Position numbers and translations under genes: made by a program. A model generated the notes under the pieces. That model ran no database searches and was not told the DNA's origin. It worked only from the letters and a program-made list of their open reading frames with translations. Source: an uncultured Erysipelotrichaceae bacterium (GTDB lineage: Bacteria; Bacillota_I; Bacilli_A; RFN20; CAG-826). From it: a stretch of 48,366 nucleotides of DNA. Positions 19,012 to 28,551 of the stretch are shown one piece after another; position 1 is the stretch's first letter, and each line of letters opens with the position of its first letter. Location: contig CADCDV010000001.1 of NCBI GenBank assembly GCA_902800255.1, positions 1 to 48,366 of the forward strand. Reading direction: 5' to 3'.

Positions 19012-19995
19012 TTATAGTCTATTTCGATTCAGAATTCCATTAAGAATTCTAAATAGGTCCTCTTTTGTCTTAATGTTCACTGATATCTCAGCGCGGATCT
19101 TCTTGTAGCCAGGGAACCCGTTAAAGAAGTGAGGGATCAAACCGCGTAGCTCCATAATAGCCACTCTTTCACCCTTTTCTTCAATTAATGCTTTCGAAAA
19201 AGCAATCGCCCATTCGGTTTGTTCGGCGATGGTTGGGGCAGGAAGCTCTTCTTTACCTTCAAGACGGTTGTTGATGTTCGTCACTAGTCTTGGGTTTCCT
19301 AATCCCCCTCTAGCGACCATGACAAGCTCGGCTCCGGTGATTTCCATCGCTTTGATTGCCGCGTCTGTTGTGAAGATGTCTCCTGAGATGCAAAGAGGAA
19401 TGCTTAGGCTTTTGCCTAAATCTCTAATCGCTTCGAAATCCGGAACGCCGCTATAGCCTTGAACGGCTGTTCTAGCGTGGACCGTAAGCATCTTGATGCC
19501 ACAGCCTTCAAGCATCTTGGCGACTTCCCAAACGTTGATTGAGTTGCTGTCCTTACCTAAACGGATTTTGGCGGTTACCGGTTTATGGGAAGCGGCGACC
19601 ACCGCTTTCATATAATCCTCAAGCTCGGCAGGTCTAGATAACCAAGATGAACCCGCTCCGGTTTTGACGACTTTGAAGACAGGGCAGCCAAGGTTGATAT
19701 CAAGTATGTCGTAATCGGCTTTTTCCTCGATGATCTTGATGGCCTTCACGGTCTTCTCTTTGTCGAAACCGAAAAGCTGAAGTCCAACAGGTCTATCGAT
19801 GTTCGAGGTGGCCAGGTAGGAATAGGTCTTCCTGTTTTTGTAGTCGATGCCGCAATCGGAGATCATCTCGCTATAGGAAAGAGCAACCCCAAAGGGTTTC
19901 ATGAAGTCGCGGTAAGCAAGGGTGGTCACCCCTGCCATCGGACCTAGTACAACTCTTCCTTTTAGTTCAATGTCACCAATCTTGATCATAGTCAT
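19012..19995 (-). CDS. dusB: tRNA dihydrouridine synthase (DusB-like)
   Basis: ...LGPMAGVT..A.R......G......EM.S... INLGCP..KV.K.GAGS.L.. TIM-barrel Dus signature. The dusB...lysS neighbourhood matches B. subtilis. Confidence 0.85.
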   Translation of the reverse strand: MTMIKIGDIELKGRVVLGPMAGVTTLAYRDFMKPFGVALSYSEMISDCGIDYKNRKTYSYLATSNIDRPVGLQLFGFDKEKTVKAIKIIEEKADYDILDINLGCPVFKVVKTGAGSSWLSRPAELEDYMKAVVAASHKPVTAKIRLGKDSNSINVWEVAKMLEGCGIKMLTVHARTAVQGYSGVPDFEAIRDLGKSLSIPLCISGDIFTTDAAIKAMEITGAELVMVARGGLGNPRLVTNINNRLEGKEELPAPTIAEQTEWAIAFSKALIEEKGERVAIMELRGLIPHFFNGFPGYKKIRAEISVNIKTKEDLFRILNGILNRNRL

Positions 19996-19996
19996 T

Positions 19997-20018
19997 AAAA
20001 GAAGGCCCGGAGGCCTTC
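19997..20018 (-). terminator. GC-rich hairpin after ftsH (weak terminator or attenuator; only 4 U, and it abuts the dusB start)
   Basis: Stem gaaggcc (20001-20007) pairs with ggccttc (20012-20018). On the minus strand it is followed by ttttaATG. Confidence 0.4.
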
Positions 20019-20021
20019 AGT

Positions 20022-22283
20022 TTATTCGTCTTTTTTTGGTTTTGGAGAAGCTTTCTTTCTGGCCTTTGGTTTTGATTCCGCTGGAGTTTTGTCAGGGATT
20101 TCTGGATTTTCCGCAGGTTTTTCTTCCTTTGGCTCTTCCTTAACCTCAGGCTTTTCCTCCTTTGGTTCTTCTTTGGCCATAGGTTTCTCGATGACGGCTT
20201 TCTCTTCTTCGGAAAGGTTCTCAGAAGCGCCGACTTCAGCCTTCACCTTAGCTGGGAGTTTGCCAGTCTTGATAAGGGAATCGATCTCCTCAGCGGTGAT
20301 GGTTTCCTTCTCAAGAAGGGTTTCGGCAACAAGGATGACCTCAGCCTTATGTTCGGTGAGGATTCTCTTCGCGTCGTCATGGGCTTTGTCCACGATTTCA
20401 CGAACGGCTTTGTCGATCTCATGAGCGACTTCAGCGGAGAAGTTCTTGGTGGTGTCGGCGTAGTCTCTTCCAAGGAAGACGGAGGAGTTGCTCTGCTCAT
20501 ACTGAATAGGACCAAGGTCAGACATACCATACATGGTAACCATGGCACGAGCGATTCTCGTGGCTTCCTGAATATCGTTAGAAGCGCCGGTAGAAACATC
20601 GTCGAAGAAAATTTCTTCGGAGGTACGTCCACCAAGAAGACCAGTGATTTCAGCAATGAGTTCTTTCTTGGTTAGCAAGAAACGGTCGGTTTCTGGAGTC
20701 ATTAAGACATGACCACCGGTATTTCCACGAGGGATGATGGTGATCTTCTGGACTTTCTTGGCGTGAGGCAAAACCATGCCGATGATGGCGTGGCCAGCTT
20801 CGTGGAAGGCGATCTGTTTGCGTTCTTTCTCGTTGAGTCCTTTGGAACTCTTGGCTGGGCCAGCGATACGACGGTCGATGGCTTCGTCAATTTCTTCCAT
20901 GGTGATGCAGTCTTTGCCGAAACGAACGGCTAAGATAGCAGCCTCATTGAGGATGTTCTCAATATCGGCACCGGAGAAACCAACGGTTCTCTGGGAAAGG
21001 GCAGCGAAATTGACATCTTCACCGATCTTCTTGTTTCTGGCGTGGACCTTGAAGATGGCTTCACGGCCTTCTTTGTTAGGAAGGGAGACGGTGAGGATAC
21101 GGTCAAAACGACCTGGACGGAGAAGGGCTGGATCGAGAACGTCGTCTCTGTTGGTGGCAGCCATGACAAGGATGCCAGAGTTGTATTCGAAACCATCCAT
21201 CTCGACTAAGAGTTGGTTAAGGGTTTGCTCACGTTCATCGTTGCCTCCGCCTAAGCCAGCGCCACGCTGACGGCCAACAGCATCGATTTCATCGATGAAG
21301 ACGATGCATGGAGCAGTCTGTTTGGCTTTTTTGAAGAGGTCACGGACACGTCCTGCGCCAACACCGACGAACATTTCGACGAAGTCGGAACCGGAGATGC
21401 TATAGAAAGGAACTCCTGCTTCTCCAGCAACGGCTTTCGCTAAAAGAGTTTTACCGGTGCCTGGGGAACCGATGAGGAGGACGCCTTTTGGAAGTTTGGC
21501 GCCATACTTGGAATATTTCTTTGGGTCTTTGAGGTAGTCGACCATCTCAACCATCTCAGCCTTTTCTTCATCGCAGCCTGCGACATCGGCGAAACGGGTT
21601 TTGGAATGATTCTCACGACGGGCTGGGGACTTGTTGAAATCCATAGCCTGACGGTTGGCACCGCTGACGGAGCTATTGATACGGGCGAAGAAGATGATGC
21701 CAAGGAGGATTGTTCCGCCGAAGATGAGGATGGTTGGTCCCCAAGCCTCCCAGAAGCTCACATAATAAGCGTCTCCTTCGGAGATGGCACCTTTGCCATA
21801 TTTCTCGACAAGGGCTTCATCACCATTCCATTCGGTGTTGACCTTGTATTCGAAGATCTGCGAATAGGACCAGTGGGTGACAATCTTCTTGCTGGTTGGG
21901 TTGGTGACAGAGAACGCGTTATTCCACTGCTCGCTGCTGATAATGACGGTGAAGTCGAAGTGGGTGCCGGTGGTTTTGCCTTCGGCGTTGACTTCAAAAG
22001 CGTGGCCACTAACGTAAACGACGCTCTGGTAGCGGTCGGTGGCTGTGTAGCTTGAGATGTAATACTGTTTTTCTTTGGTGTTGATTGCGCTTTCGTCGGT
22101 GTCGTCGGTTGGCAAAACATAACCGAGATTGTTATCAAGTTCGCCAACTTTCCAACTCTGGTTGGATGAGCTAAGTCTTGGTAAAACAAACGCGAGGATC
22201 AAAACGACGATCGCGGCAATGAATAAGTACGGGGCAGCATATCCCCAGAAACTACGTCTTTGGTTCTGGTTTTCGTCTTTCAT
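20022..22283 (-). CDS. ftsH: ATP-dependent zinc metalloprotease FtsH (enlarged ectodomain, K/E/P-rich C-terminal tail)
   Basis: AAA+ motifs [13 protein letters not shown] and [12 protein letters not shown], and the zinc site HEAGHA. 753 aa. Roughly 150 aa lie between TM1 and TM2. The tail reads ...[25 protein letters not shown].... Confidence 0.95.
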   Translation of the reverse strand: MKDENQNQRRSFWGYAAPYLFIAAIVVLILAFVLPRLSSSNQSWKVGELDNNLGYVLPTDDTDESAINTKEKQYYISSYTATDRYQSVVYVSGHAFEVNAEGKTTGTHFDFTVIISSEQWNNAFSVTNPTSKKIVTHWSYSQIFEYKVNTEWNGDEALVEKYGKGAISEGDAYYVSFWEAWGPTILIFGGTILLGIIFFARINSSVSGANRQAMDFNKSPARRENHSKTRFADVAGCDEEKAEMVEMVDYLKDPKKYSKYGAKLPKGVLLIGSPGTGKTLLAKAVAGEAGVPFYSISGSDFVEMFVGVGAGRVRDLFKKAKQTAPCIVFIDEIDAVGRQRGAGLGGGNDEREQTLNQLLVEMDGFEYNSGILVMAATNRDDVLDPALLRPGRFDRILTVSLPNKEGREAIFKVHARNKKIGEDVNFAALSQRTVGFSGADIENILNEAAILAVRFGKDCITMEEIDEAIDRRIAGPAKSSKGLNEKERKQIAFHEAGHAIIGMVLPHAKKVQKITIIPRGNTGGHVLMTPETDRFLLTKKELIAEITGLLGGRTSEEIFFDDVSTGASNDIQEATRIARAMVTMYGMSDLGPIQYEQSNSSVFLGRDYADTTKNFSAEVAHEIDKAVREIVDKAHDDAKRILTEHKAEVILVAETLLEKETITAEEIDSLIKTGKLPAKVKAEVGASENLSEEEKAVIEKPMAKEEPKEEKPEVKEEPKEEKPAENPEIPDKTPAESKPKARKKASPKPKKDE

Positions 22284-22359
22284 GTTGTCTCTCCTTTCAA
22301 TAGGAAATCAAGTTGCAAGATACACCCTTAGGGTGTTCTTAGCAACACAATTGCTCTCT

Positions 22360-23613
22360 TTATTTTTCTTCTTCGTTCACGTGGATGATCATCGAACTGC
22401 TGTGGTATTCACTGAACCCTTTTTTGTAGCGAGGGATGTAAACGATCTTTCCGTTCTTGTTAAGGAAGACTGGCCAAATGTGGAGGAGTCTTTCGGAAAT
22501 ACCAGCTGCGATGAGCATCTGTTTGGCGTTGACTGAGTAGCCGTTAAAGAGCCAGACGTCCTGTGGGAGAACGCTTCTGACGGTGAGAGGGTAATCATCG
22601 AGATGGATGTTTCTATCCTCAGCGCCTTTTGTGAAATCGAGCTCGAAGACCTCGCAAGAGAACTTGCATGGTTCCTTGAGAGTGTAATGGTATGGAAGAT
22701 CGAGTCCATCGTTGTCGATTGAGATCTCGTCATACTCTTTGACAAGGAAGGTGTTGGTGCCGATTCTCAAACACATATTTGGCTGAGGATCGAGGCACAT
22801 TTTTCTAAATTCAGCGAGGGTTTGCGGGGAAATTCTGATTCTTGTCTTCGCTTTTGCCCTGACGAAACGGATGATCGTTTCAGCAAATTCGCCTTCGCTC
22901 AAAGCGATGATTTCGCGGATGTTGAGGGTATCCACACGGTCCACTGATTTTTTGATGTTCGCGGAGAAGGTAATCAATTCATCGTTGGCCTTTTTGATCT
23001 CGGTGATGTACTGGTCACGCTCAGCCTCGTTAAGCTTATCGACGACTTCGTTTCTGATAGCGCTTCTGGATGGGTCGTGAGCGTAGTTGCCAAAGTCCTT
23101 GTCGTAAGGGACGTTATTCTTGTCGCAATATTCAATGAGGTCTTCGTTGGAATATGGGACCAAAGGTCTTCTGACAAACATGCCTCTTGTGGTTCCGATG
23201 GTGTTAAGACCGAACTTGGAAGAACGGACACCGGTTTGTTTGGAAAGCAAATATCCTTCAATGACGTCGTCTTCGGTGTGGGCAAGGAAGAGAGCGGCTG
23301 CGTCATACTTTTTGTAGACCTCAGCAAAGAAATCGTAGCGGACTTTGCGGGCCCACTTCTCGAAGTCTTTGTCTTTGCCAGTTTGGTCGGCTTTGTCAGC
23401 ATCACAAACCTCAAACGGAATTCCTTTGGATTCGCAGAATACGCGTAACTTTTCTTCTGCTTCGTCCCAGGCAGGGCCTATGCGGTAATTGACGAAACAC
23501 ATGACAACTTTAGCCTCTTGCTCTAAGAGCATGTGAATAAGGGCCATTGAATCAGGGCCTGTGTTTCCGGCCATTAAGTAAATCGAATTCTTATCAATCT
23601 CTAGGTTGACCAT
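22360..23613 (-). CDS. tilS: tRNA(Ile)-lysidine synthase TilS-like (divergent PP-loop)
   Basis: Position between the S4 gene and ftsH matches the Bacilli order. Motifs: ..GPDSMALIHML.., LAHTEDDVIEGYL, and a TilS-type C-terminal domain (...WPVFLNKNGKIVYIPRYKK). GAGGAGGAG RBS. The canonical SGGxDS motif reads NTGPDS here. Confidence 0.75.
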   Translation of the reverse strand: MVNLEIDKNSIYLMAGNTGPDSMALIHMLLEQEAKVVMCFVNYRIGPAWDEAEEKLRVFCESKGIPFEVCDADKADQTGKDKDFEKWARKVRYDFFAEVYKKYDAAALFLAHTEDDVIEGYLLSKQTGVRSSKFGLNTIGTTRGMFVRRPLVPYSNEDLIEYCDKNNVPYDKDFGNYAHDPSRSAIRNEVVDKLNEAERDQYITEIKKANDELITFSANIKKSVDRVDTLNIREIIALSEGEFAETIIRFVRAKAKTRIRISPQTLAEFRKMCLDPQPNMCLRIGTNTFLVKEYDEISIDNDGLDLPYHYTLKEPCKFSCEVFELDFTKGAEDRNIHLDDYPLTVRSVLPQDVWLFNGYSVNAKQMLIAAGISERLLHIWPVFLNKNGKIVYIPRYKKGFSEYHSSSMIIHVNEEEK

Positions 23614-23884
23614 TGTCTTCTCCTCCTCGGGAAATAATTTCGTCTTTTATGATTTCGTACATCTCTTTAGCTTCGTCTTTTCTCGCAAACTCCTTAACAA
23701 CGAGGATTTTTGCGGTGACCTTGTGTTTGCCTAGTAAGAGGACCAGCTCATCCCCAGGCGCCACTTCGCTCATCGGCTTCGCCGTTTTGCCATTGATGAA
23801 GATATCCCCATCATCGCATAACTCCTTGGCCGTCTCACGCCTTTTTGTTAATCGGCTTACCTTTAAGTACTTGTCGATTCTCAT
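23594..23884 (-). CDS. S4-domain RNA-binding protein (YabO/Hsp15-like)
   Basis: MRIDKYLKVSRLTKRRETAKELCDDGDIFINGK.AKP...V..GDEL matches B. subtilis YabO (MRLDKFLKVSRLIKRR...), recalled from memory. The alternative start ATG at 23893 would add MNG. The 3' end overlaps the tilS start by 20 nt. Confidence 0.75.
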   Translation of the reverse strand: MRIDKYLKVSRLTKRRETAKELCDDGDIFINGKTAKPMSEVAPGDELVLLLGKHKVTAKILVVKEFARKDEAKEMYEIIKDEIISRGGEDNGQPRD

Positions 23885-23897
23885 ACCATTCATTGTA

Positions 23898-26800
23898 TCA
23901 CTTATAGTCTGCCTTACGGCGGCTATAAAGTTGATCGACCACATCAAGCAAACGATAGAGGTCGTGAATCCAGTCTCTTCTCTTGGTCATGCGGATGTGG
24001 ACTTTCTTCTCAACAAAGTTGACTTTGAGGAAGGCAAGGTAAGGCACCAAGAGGTTAAAGAGATCGACGCCAATTCCACTGATGTGCGAGAAGGCTTCAG
24101 ACATGTAGATGTCTAAATACCCCTCACCTTCATCTACTCGCGAATACTCTTCTTTTTCACTCAAAAGATCGATTTTTTTCTTAAGAACCAAAAGACTTAC
24201 CTGATCTGGGAGCTTTCCATAGATGTCCCTCATGTGTTTGGCAATCGTATCAAGCTCCTCTTCGCTCTTGGCGTTTTCGAGTTCCTGATAGAGGGCAATC
24301 TTGTCGCTATTGATTGCGTAGTCCTTCGGAATATAAGCGTCTATCTTGAAAAGATTCTTGGCTTTTGGAGCAGGTTTTTGAATTCCGGTCTTCTTTTCTT
24401 CGATGGCTTCACTAAGCATCTTTAGATATAAATCTAAACCGATTGTGTCGATGAATCCTGCTTGTTCAGGACCAAGGATGTCGCCGGCGCCTCTGATCAT
24501 GAGGTCACGTTGGGCGATTTTATATCCACTTCCGAGTTCGGTGAATTCCTGGATGGCTTTGAGTCTCTTAACAGCATCTTCTTTCATGCTCTTGTGAGGC
24601 TTGTAGGTCAAATAGGCGTAGGCGATTCTATCTCCCCTGCCAACACGACCTTTGATTTGGTAGAGCTGAGACAAACCGAAATGATCCGCTTCCTCAACGA
24701 TGATCATGTTCGCATTAGGAACATCGATACCGTTTTCGACAATTGAGGTGCAAACAAGGATATCGAGTTCGCCGTCATAGTACTTCTGCATGACGTCCTC
24801 GACTTCTTCTTTTTCCATCTTGCCGTGGATGACACCGATTCTTGCGAAAGGAAGGGCACGAGAAAGCTCACTCGCCTTAGCGTAGATCGAAGAGACTTTG
24901 TTGTAGACATAGAATACCTGTCCATGTCTTCCAAGTTCTCTTTGAATGAGTTCGTGAATGACCTCTTCCTTGTATGGGGTGACATAGGTCTGAATCGGCA
25001 TGCGGTTCATTGGAGGGGTGTTGATTTGTGAAAGAGGACGGATTCCAGTGAGTGACATCTGAAGCGTCCTTGGAATTGGGGTGGCTGAAAGCGAAAGAAC
25101 GTCAACCGTGTCTTTGAGTTCTTTGATCTTCTCTTTCTGCTCAACGCCGAAACGCTGTTCTTCATCAACGATTAAGAGGCCAAGGTCTTTGAAAACAATC
25201 TCTTTCGAAAGGAGTCTATGGGTGCCAATAACGAAGTCAATTTTTCCATTTTCCACGGCAGAAATGACTTCTTTTTGGGTTGAAGGAGGCACCAAACGGG
25301 AGAGAACCGCTATCCTGATGCCAAACCTCGCAAACCTCTGAAGCGCAACTTCATAATGCTGTCTTGCGAGTAATGTTGTTGGGCAAAGAAGGGCTACTTG
25401 TTTGTGGGCGGATATGGCTTTGAAGGCAGCACGGAAGGCAATCTCAGTTTTGCCAAAACCAACATCACCACAAAGAAGGCGATCCATAATTTCGCTCTTC
25501 TCCATGTCTGATTTGATTTCATCAACCGACCTTTGTTGGTCTGGCGTCAAAGCATATGGGAACTCCATCTCAAAGCTCTTTTGGAGTTCTTCATCTGGCG
25601 GGAAGGCAAAGCCTTCTTTCTTAGCTCTCGTTCCGTATAGGTTCAAAAGGCGATCCGCTAAATCGTTGACCCTTTCCTTGATGTGGGCTTTCTTCTTCTC
25701 CCAATCTCCGCTGAAAAGATGCGATAAGCGTGGAGCAGCGCCTTCGCGGGCAGAGTATTTTCTGACGAGACGGAATTGTTCCAAAGGAACATAGAGGGTT
25801 TCGCTGTTGGCATAAGCAATCTTGAGGTAGTCTCTATGGGTCCCTTCTTGTTCCAAGGTTGTTACTTCGAGGAACTGACCGATGCCGTTATATTCATGGA
25901 CGACATAGTCGCCTGGACGAAGGTCGTCATAACTCTTAAGAATCGCAGCGTCGATGAACCTTGAAGTGAATCTGGTGGTTGCAGTTCTCTTTCCAAAGAG
26001 TTCGGAAGATGAAATGACCGCAACTTTAATGGCGGGGATCTCAAAACCTTCGTTCAAAGAAGCTTTGCTGATTCCTAATTTGCCTTTAGGCAATTCAAAG
26101 CCTTTTGTGTCTTCATATGCGACTTTCTGATCGTCTAAGAATGACTTCAAAGTCTCAATTTGTTGTGGTTGATCAAGGGCGACAATCACTTTCTCGTTCG
26201 TATTCACATAGGACTCAATCGTCGAAACCATTGAAGCGATTCCGGTTCCTGTTGAAACGATATGTCTTACGAGGAAAGAGAAGTCATCAGGATCCATCGC
26301 GAACTTGCTGCCATACCTGATTCCTTTTGGTGGGAGGACTTTGTCCTGCTCAATATATTCCTCAAGGTGGGTTGGGATTCTTAGGTCGTCATGGAGTTCT
26401 GAATAGTAGCTGCGAGCTTCGCCTAAAAGAGACTCGCAAGAAGACTCAAAAGCCTCTTTGTCCGCGACATAAGTCAAAGCAGGTTTGAAGTAAGAGAAGA
26501 TGTTCGAGTTCTCGTTAAGGGCAAACCCGAAATACTTATAGATCTGAGGGCTATATACCCTGTCCTCAATATTCTCGATGTCCCTATTAACGTTGTTCTG
26601 AAGTGTGTCGAACGAAGACTCGGAAAGATGCTTGCCGTCACTAGATAAAACAACGGCGATTCTTTCCTTGAACGAGGCTATCTGCTCATTGGACAAAAAG
26701 ACGTCCGTTGCAGGTAAAATATCCGCGTTTTGCAGAGGATTTGTGGATAATTGAGTGGAAATTGAGAAGTTTTTTATCGACTCAATCTCGTCATCGAAGA

Positions 26801-27332
26801 ACTCAATTCTGATTGGGTTTGAATAGTTGACGGAGAAGATATCAAGGATGTCGCCACGGGAGGCAAACTGGAGGGTTTGATCAATCTTGTTGACCCTGTG
26901 GTAACCCATCTCGGTCAAAGTCTTTCTAAGGTCGTCGATGTTATATTTGTCTCCAACCTTGAAATGGAAAACTCGCTGGCCAAACTCCTTCGCGTTAGGA
27001 AGGAACCTCATCACAGAAGACGGGTGAGCGATAAGAATGGAGTCTTTGGATTCCAAAGATTGTTCCATCGCGTAGAGCCTTTGGGCCATAAGCTCTTTCG
27101 AAGAGGAAAGGGCCTCTGCCCTAAGAAGTTCATCGGCAGGGAAGAAGATTAATTTGTCTTCGGGGAAGAAGTTGAGTAGGAACTCATAAATCTTTTGGGC
27201 GCTATAGAGGTTCTTGGCAACGATCGCGTAATTGTCTTTCTTTTCTTTGTATAAAGAGGCGATTAGGAGGGCTGCACCTATGGTGTCGTCCACGACAAAA
27301 CGACCCCTTCGGTCCGAGAGGGGGGTGGTCAA
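23898..27332 (-). CDS. mfd: Transcription-repair coupling factor Mfd
   Basis: 1144 aa. UvrB-homology N-terminus, RNAP-interacting domain, superfamily-2 helicase motifs (GDVGFGKTE, DEEQRFG, ...QLYQIKGRVGR), TRG motif. The track start is a TTG at 27332. The frame stays open upstream to the AAGGAGG that overlaps the pth stop, but no canonical start codon lies there. Confidence 0.93.
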   Translation of the reverse strand: MTTPLSDRRGRFVVDDTIGAALLIASLYKEKKDNYAIVAKNLYSAQKIYEFLLNFFPEDKLIFFPADELLRAEALSSSKELMAQRLYAMEQSLESKDSILIAHPSSVMRFLPNAKEFGQRVFHFKVGDKYNIDDLRKTLTEMGYHRVNKIDQTLQFASRGDILDIFSVNYSNPIRIEFFDDEIESIKNFSISTQLSTNPLQNADILPATDVFLSNEQIASFKERIAVVLSSDGKHLSESSFDTLQNNVNRDIENIEDRVYSPQIYKYFGFALNENSNIFSYFKPALTYVADKEAFESSCESLLGEARSYYSELHDDLRIPTHLEEYIEQDKVLPPKGIRYGSKFAMDPDDFSFLVRHIVSTGTGIASMVSTIESYVNTNEKVIVALDQPQQIETLKSFLDDQKVAYEDTKGFELPKGKLGISKASLNEGFEIPAIKVAVISSSELFGKRTATTRFTSRFIDAAILKSYDDLRPGDYVVHEYNGIGQFLEVTTLEQEGTHRDYLKIAYANSETLYVPLEQFRLVRKYSAREGAAPRLSHLFSGDWEKKKAHIKERVNDLADRLLNLYGTRAKKEGFAFPPDEELQKSFEMEFPYALTPDQQRSVDEIKSDMEKSEIMDRLLCGDVGFGKTEIAFRAAFKAISAHKQVALLCPTTLLARQHYEVALQRFARFGIRIAVLSRLVPPSTQKEVISAVENGKIDFVIGTHRLLSKEIVFKDLGLLIVDEEQRFGVEQKEKIKELKDTVDVLSLSATPIPRTLQMSLTGIRPLSQINTPPMNRMPIQTYVTPYKEEVIHELIQRELGRHGQVFYVYNKVSSIYAKASELSRALPFARIGVIHGKMEKEEVEDVMQKYYDGELDILVCTSIVENGIDVPNANMIIVEEADHFGLSQLYQIKGRVGRGDRIAYAYLTYKPHKSMKEDAVKRLKAIQEFTELGSGYKIAQRDLMIRGAGDILGPEQAGFIDTIGLDLYLKMLSEAIEEKKTGIQKPAPKAKNLFKIDAYIPKDYAINSDKIALYQELENAKSEEELDTIAKHMRDIYGKLPDQVSLLVLKKKIDLLSEKEEYSRVDEGEGYLDIYMSEAFSHISGIGVDLFNLLVPYLAFLKVNFVEKKVHIRMTKRRDWIHDLYRLLDVVDQLYSRRKADYK

Positions 27333-27375
27333 ATCGAGTGCCTTTAGGCGTTCAAATAGATCCGTAAGTACCTCC

Positions 27376-27957
27376 TTATTTCTGCTCTTCTTTCTTTATC
27401 GAGTTATATAAGTTCATGGCGTATTGGAAGCCACGAAGCTCGATATCACGTAGTGCCTTTGCGGCGTTGTCGGTCGCCTCTTCGATAAGAGGCATGCTTT
27501 CGTTAGATGGTTTGCCAAGGACGAAGTCGATTGAATCGTATTGAGGTTCACCAATGCCGATTCTGATTCTCTTGATCTTGGATGTGCCAAGCTTGTCGAT
27601 GATGTTTTGGATTCCTTTGTGTCCACCGCTAGAACCATCAAGACGGAGCCTGATCTGTCCTTCGGCAATGGCCATGTCGTCATAGACGACAACAATATCC
27701 TCAAGTTCGATCTTGAAGAAGGAGACACATTCGGCGACGCTCTCGCCGGAGAGATTCATGAAGGTCTCTGGTTTGAGGACGACGATTGGCTCAGGGAAGG
27801 CTGGGTTCTTAACAATACCATAAACGCCTTTGAATCCGGAACGATCAAAATCCGCATGGACGAGTTCCATGAATTTGTCGACGGCCATATAACCCATGTT
27901 GTGACGGGTGCCTTCGTATTGTTTGCCTGGATTTCCTAAACCAACGAAGAGTTTCAT
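27376..27957 (-). CDS. pth: Peptidyl-tRNA hydrolase
   Basis: MKLFVGLGNPG..Y..TRHN.G......F.... ATGA overlap with the upstream flavodoxin-like gene. Confidence 0.95.
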   Translation of the reverse strand: MKLFVGLGNPGKQYEGTRHNMGYMAVDKFMELVHADFDRSGFKGVYGIVKNPAFPEPIVVLKPETFMNLSGESVAECVSFFKIELEDIVVVYDDMAIAEGQIRLRLDGSSGGHKGIQNIIDKLGTSKIKRIRIGIGEPQYDSIDFVLGKPSNESMPLIEEATDNAAKALRDIELRGFQYAMNLYNSIKKEEQK

Positions 27958-28490
27958 GACTTTTTCTCCAAGGCCAAGGTCTCGATCACTGTAACGACGC
28001 GATCGACTTTCTCTTGGTCATAGAATTCGATTGGGTTTTCGAGGATGCCCGCCAAAGCGGCCTGGTTGGCATTGAGTTCAGGGTTGTTAGCGATTTGGCC
28101 AACAGCCTTCTTCATCATGAATTTCTCAATTGGGCCAAGCTTATTGAAGTCGAAGGATCCTCTGAATTGATAGTAACGCATATGGTAGTCGTAGAGAACG
28201 TTGGTGTCGATCATCTGGGCTCTCGTGTCTTTGTCGGCGAAGCTCATTCCAACGCTGAAGACGATGACGTTTTTCTCTTTCATCAAATCCCAGTTAGAAA
28301 GGAATTCATCGATTCCTTGGATCTTTCCGGCTCTGACCCAACCACCAAAAACGATGGTGTCATATTCGGATAATTTTTTGGCTTTGAAACGCTTGAGAGG
28401 GAAGATGTCCGCATTCACTCTCTTCGCGATGTCGTTAGCGTATTTCTCAGTGTTGCCAGTTTTGCTTTGATAAAGTACAAGGGTTTTCAT
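27954..28490 (-). CDS. Flavodoxin-fold protein (Flavodoxin_5/HemG-like family)
   Basis: MKTLVLYQSKTGNTEKYANDIA... FMN-loop signature. 178 aa. Confidence 0.7.
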   Translation of the reverse strand: MKTLVLYQSKTGNTEKYANDIAKRVNADIFPLKRFKAKKLSEYDTIVFGGWVRAGKIQGIDEFLSNWDLMKEKNVIVFSVGMSFADKDTRAQMIDTNVLYDYHMRYYQFRGSFDFNKLGPIEKFMMKKAVGQIANNPELNANQAALAGILENPIEFYDQEKVDRVVTVIETLALEKKS

Positions 28491-28551
28491 AACTATGAAA
28501 GTTTATCACGGTTTATTGGATAAAAGAAAACGAAGAAGCTATTATTGAAGA

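Noticed and set aside
20022-20200. K/E/P-rich repeat region considered as a non-coding tandem repeat or VNTR
   Set aside because: It is in frame with ftsH and ends at a proper stop followed by a hairpin. I treat it as a low-complexity coding tail and report it as a low-interest finding instead.
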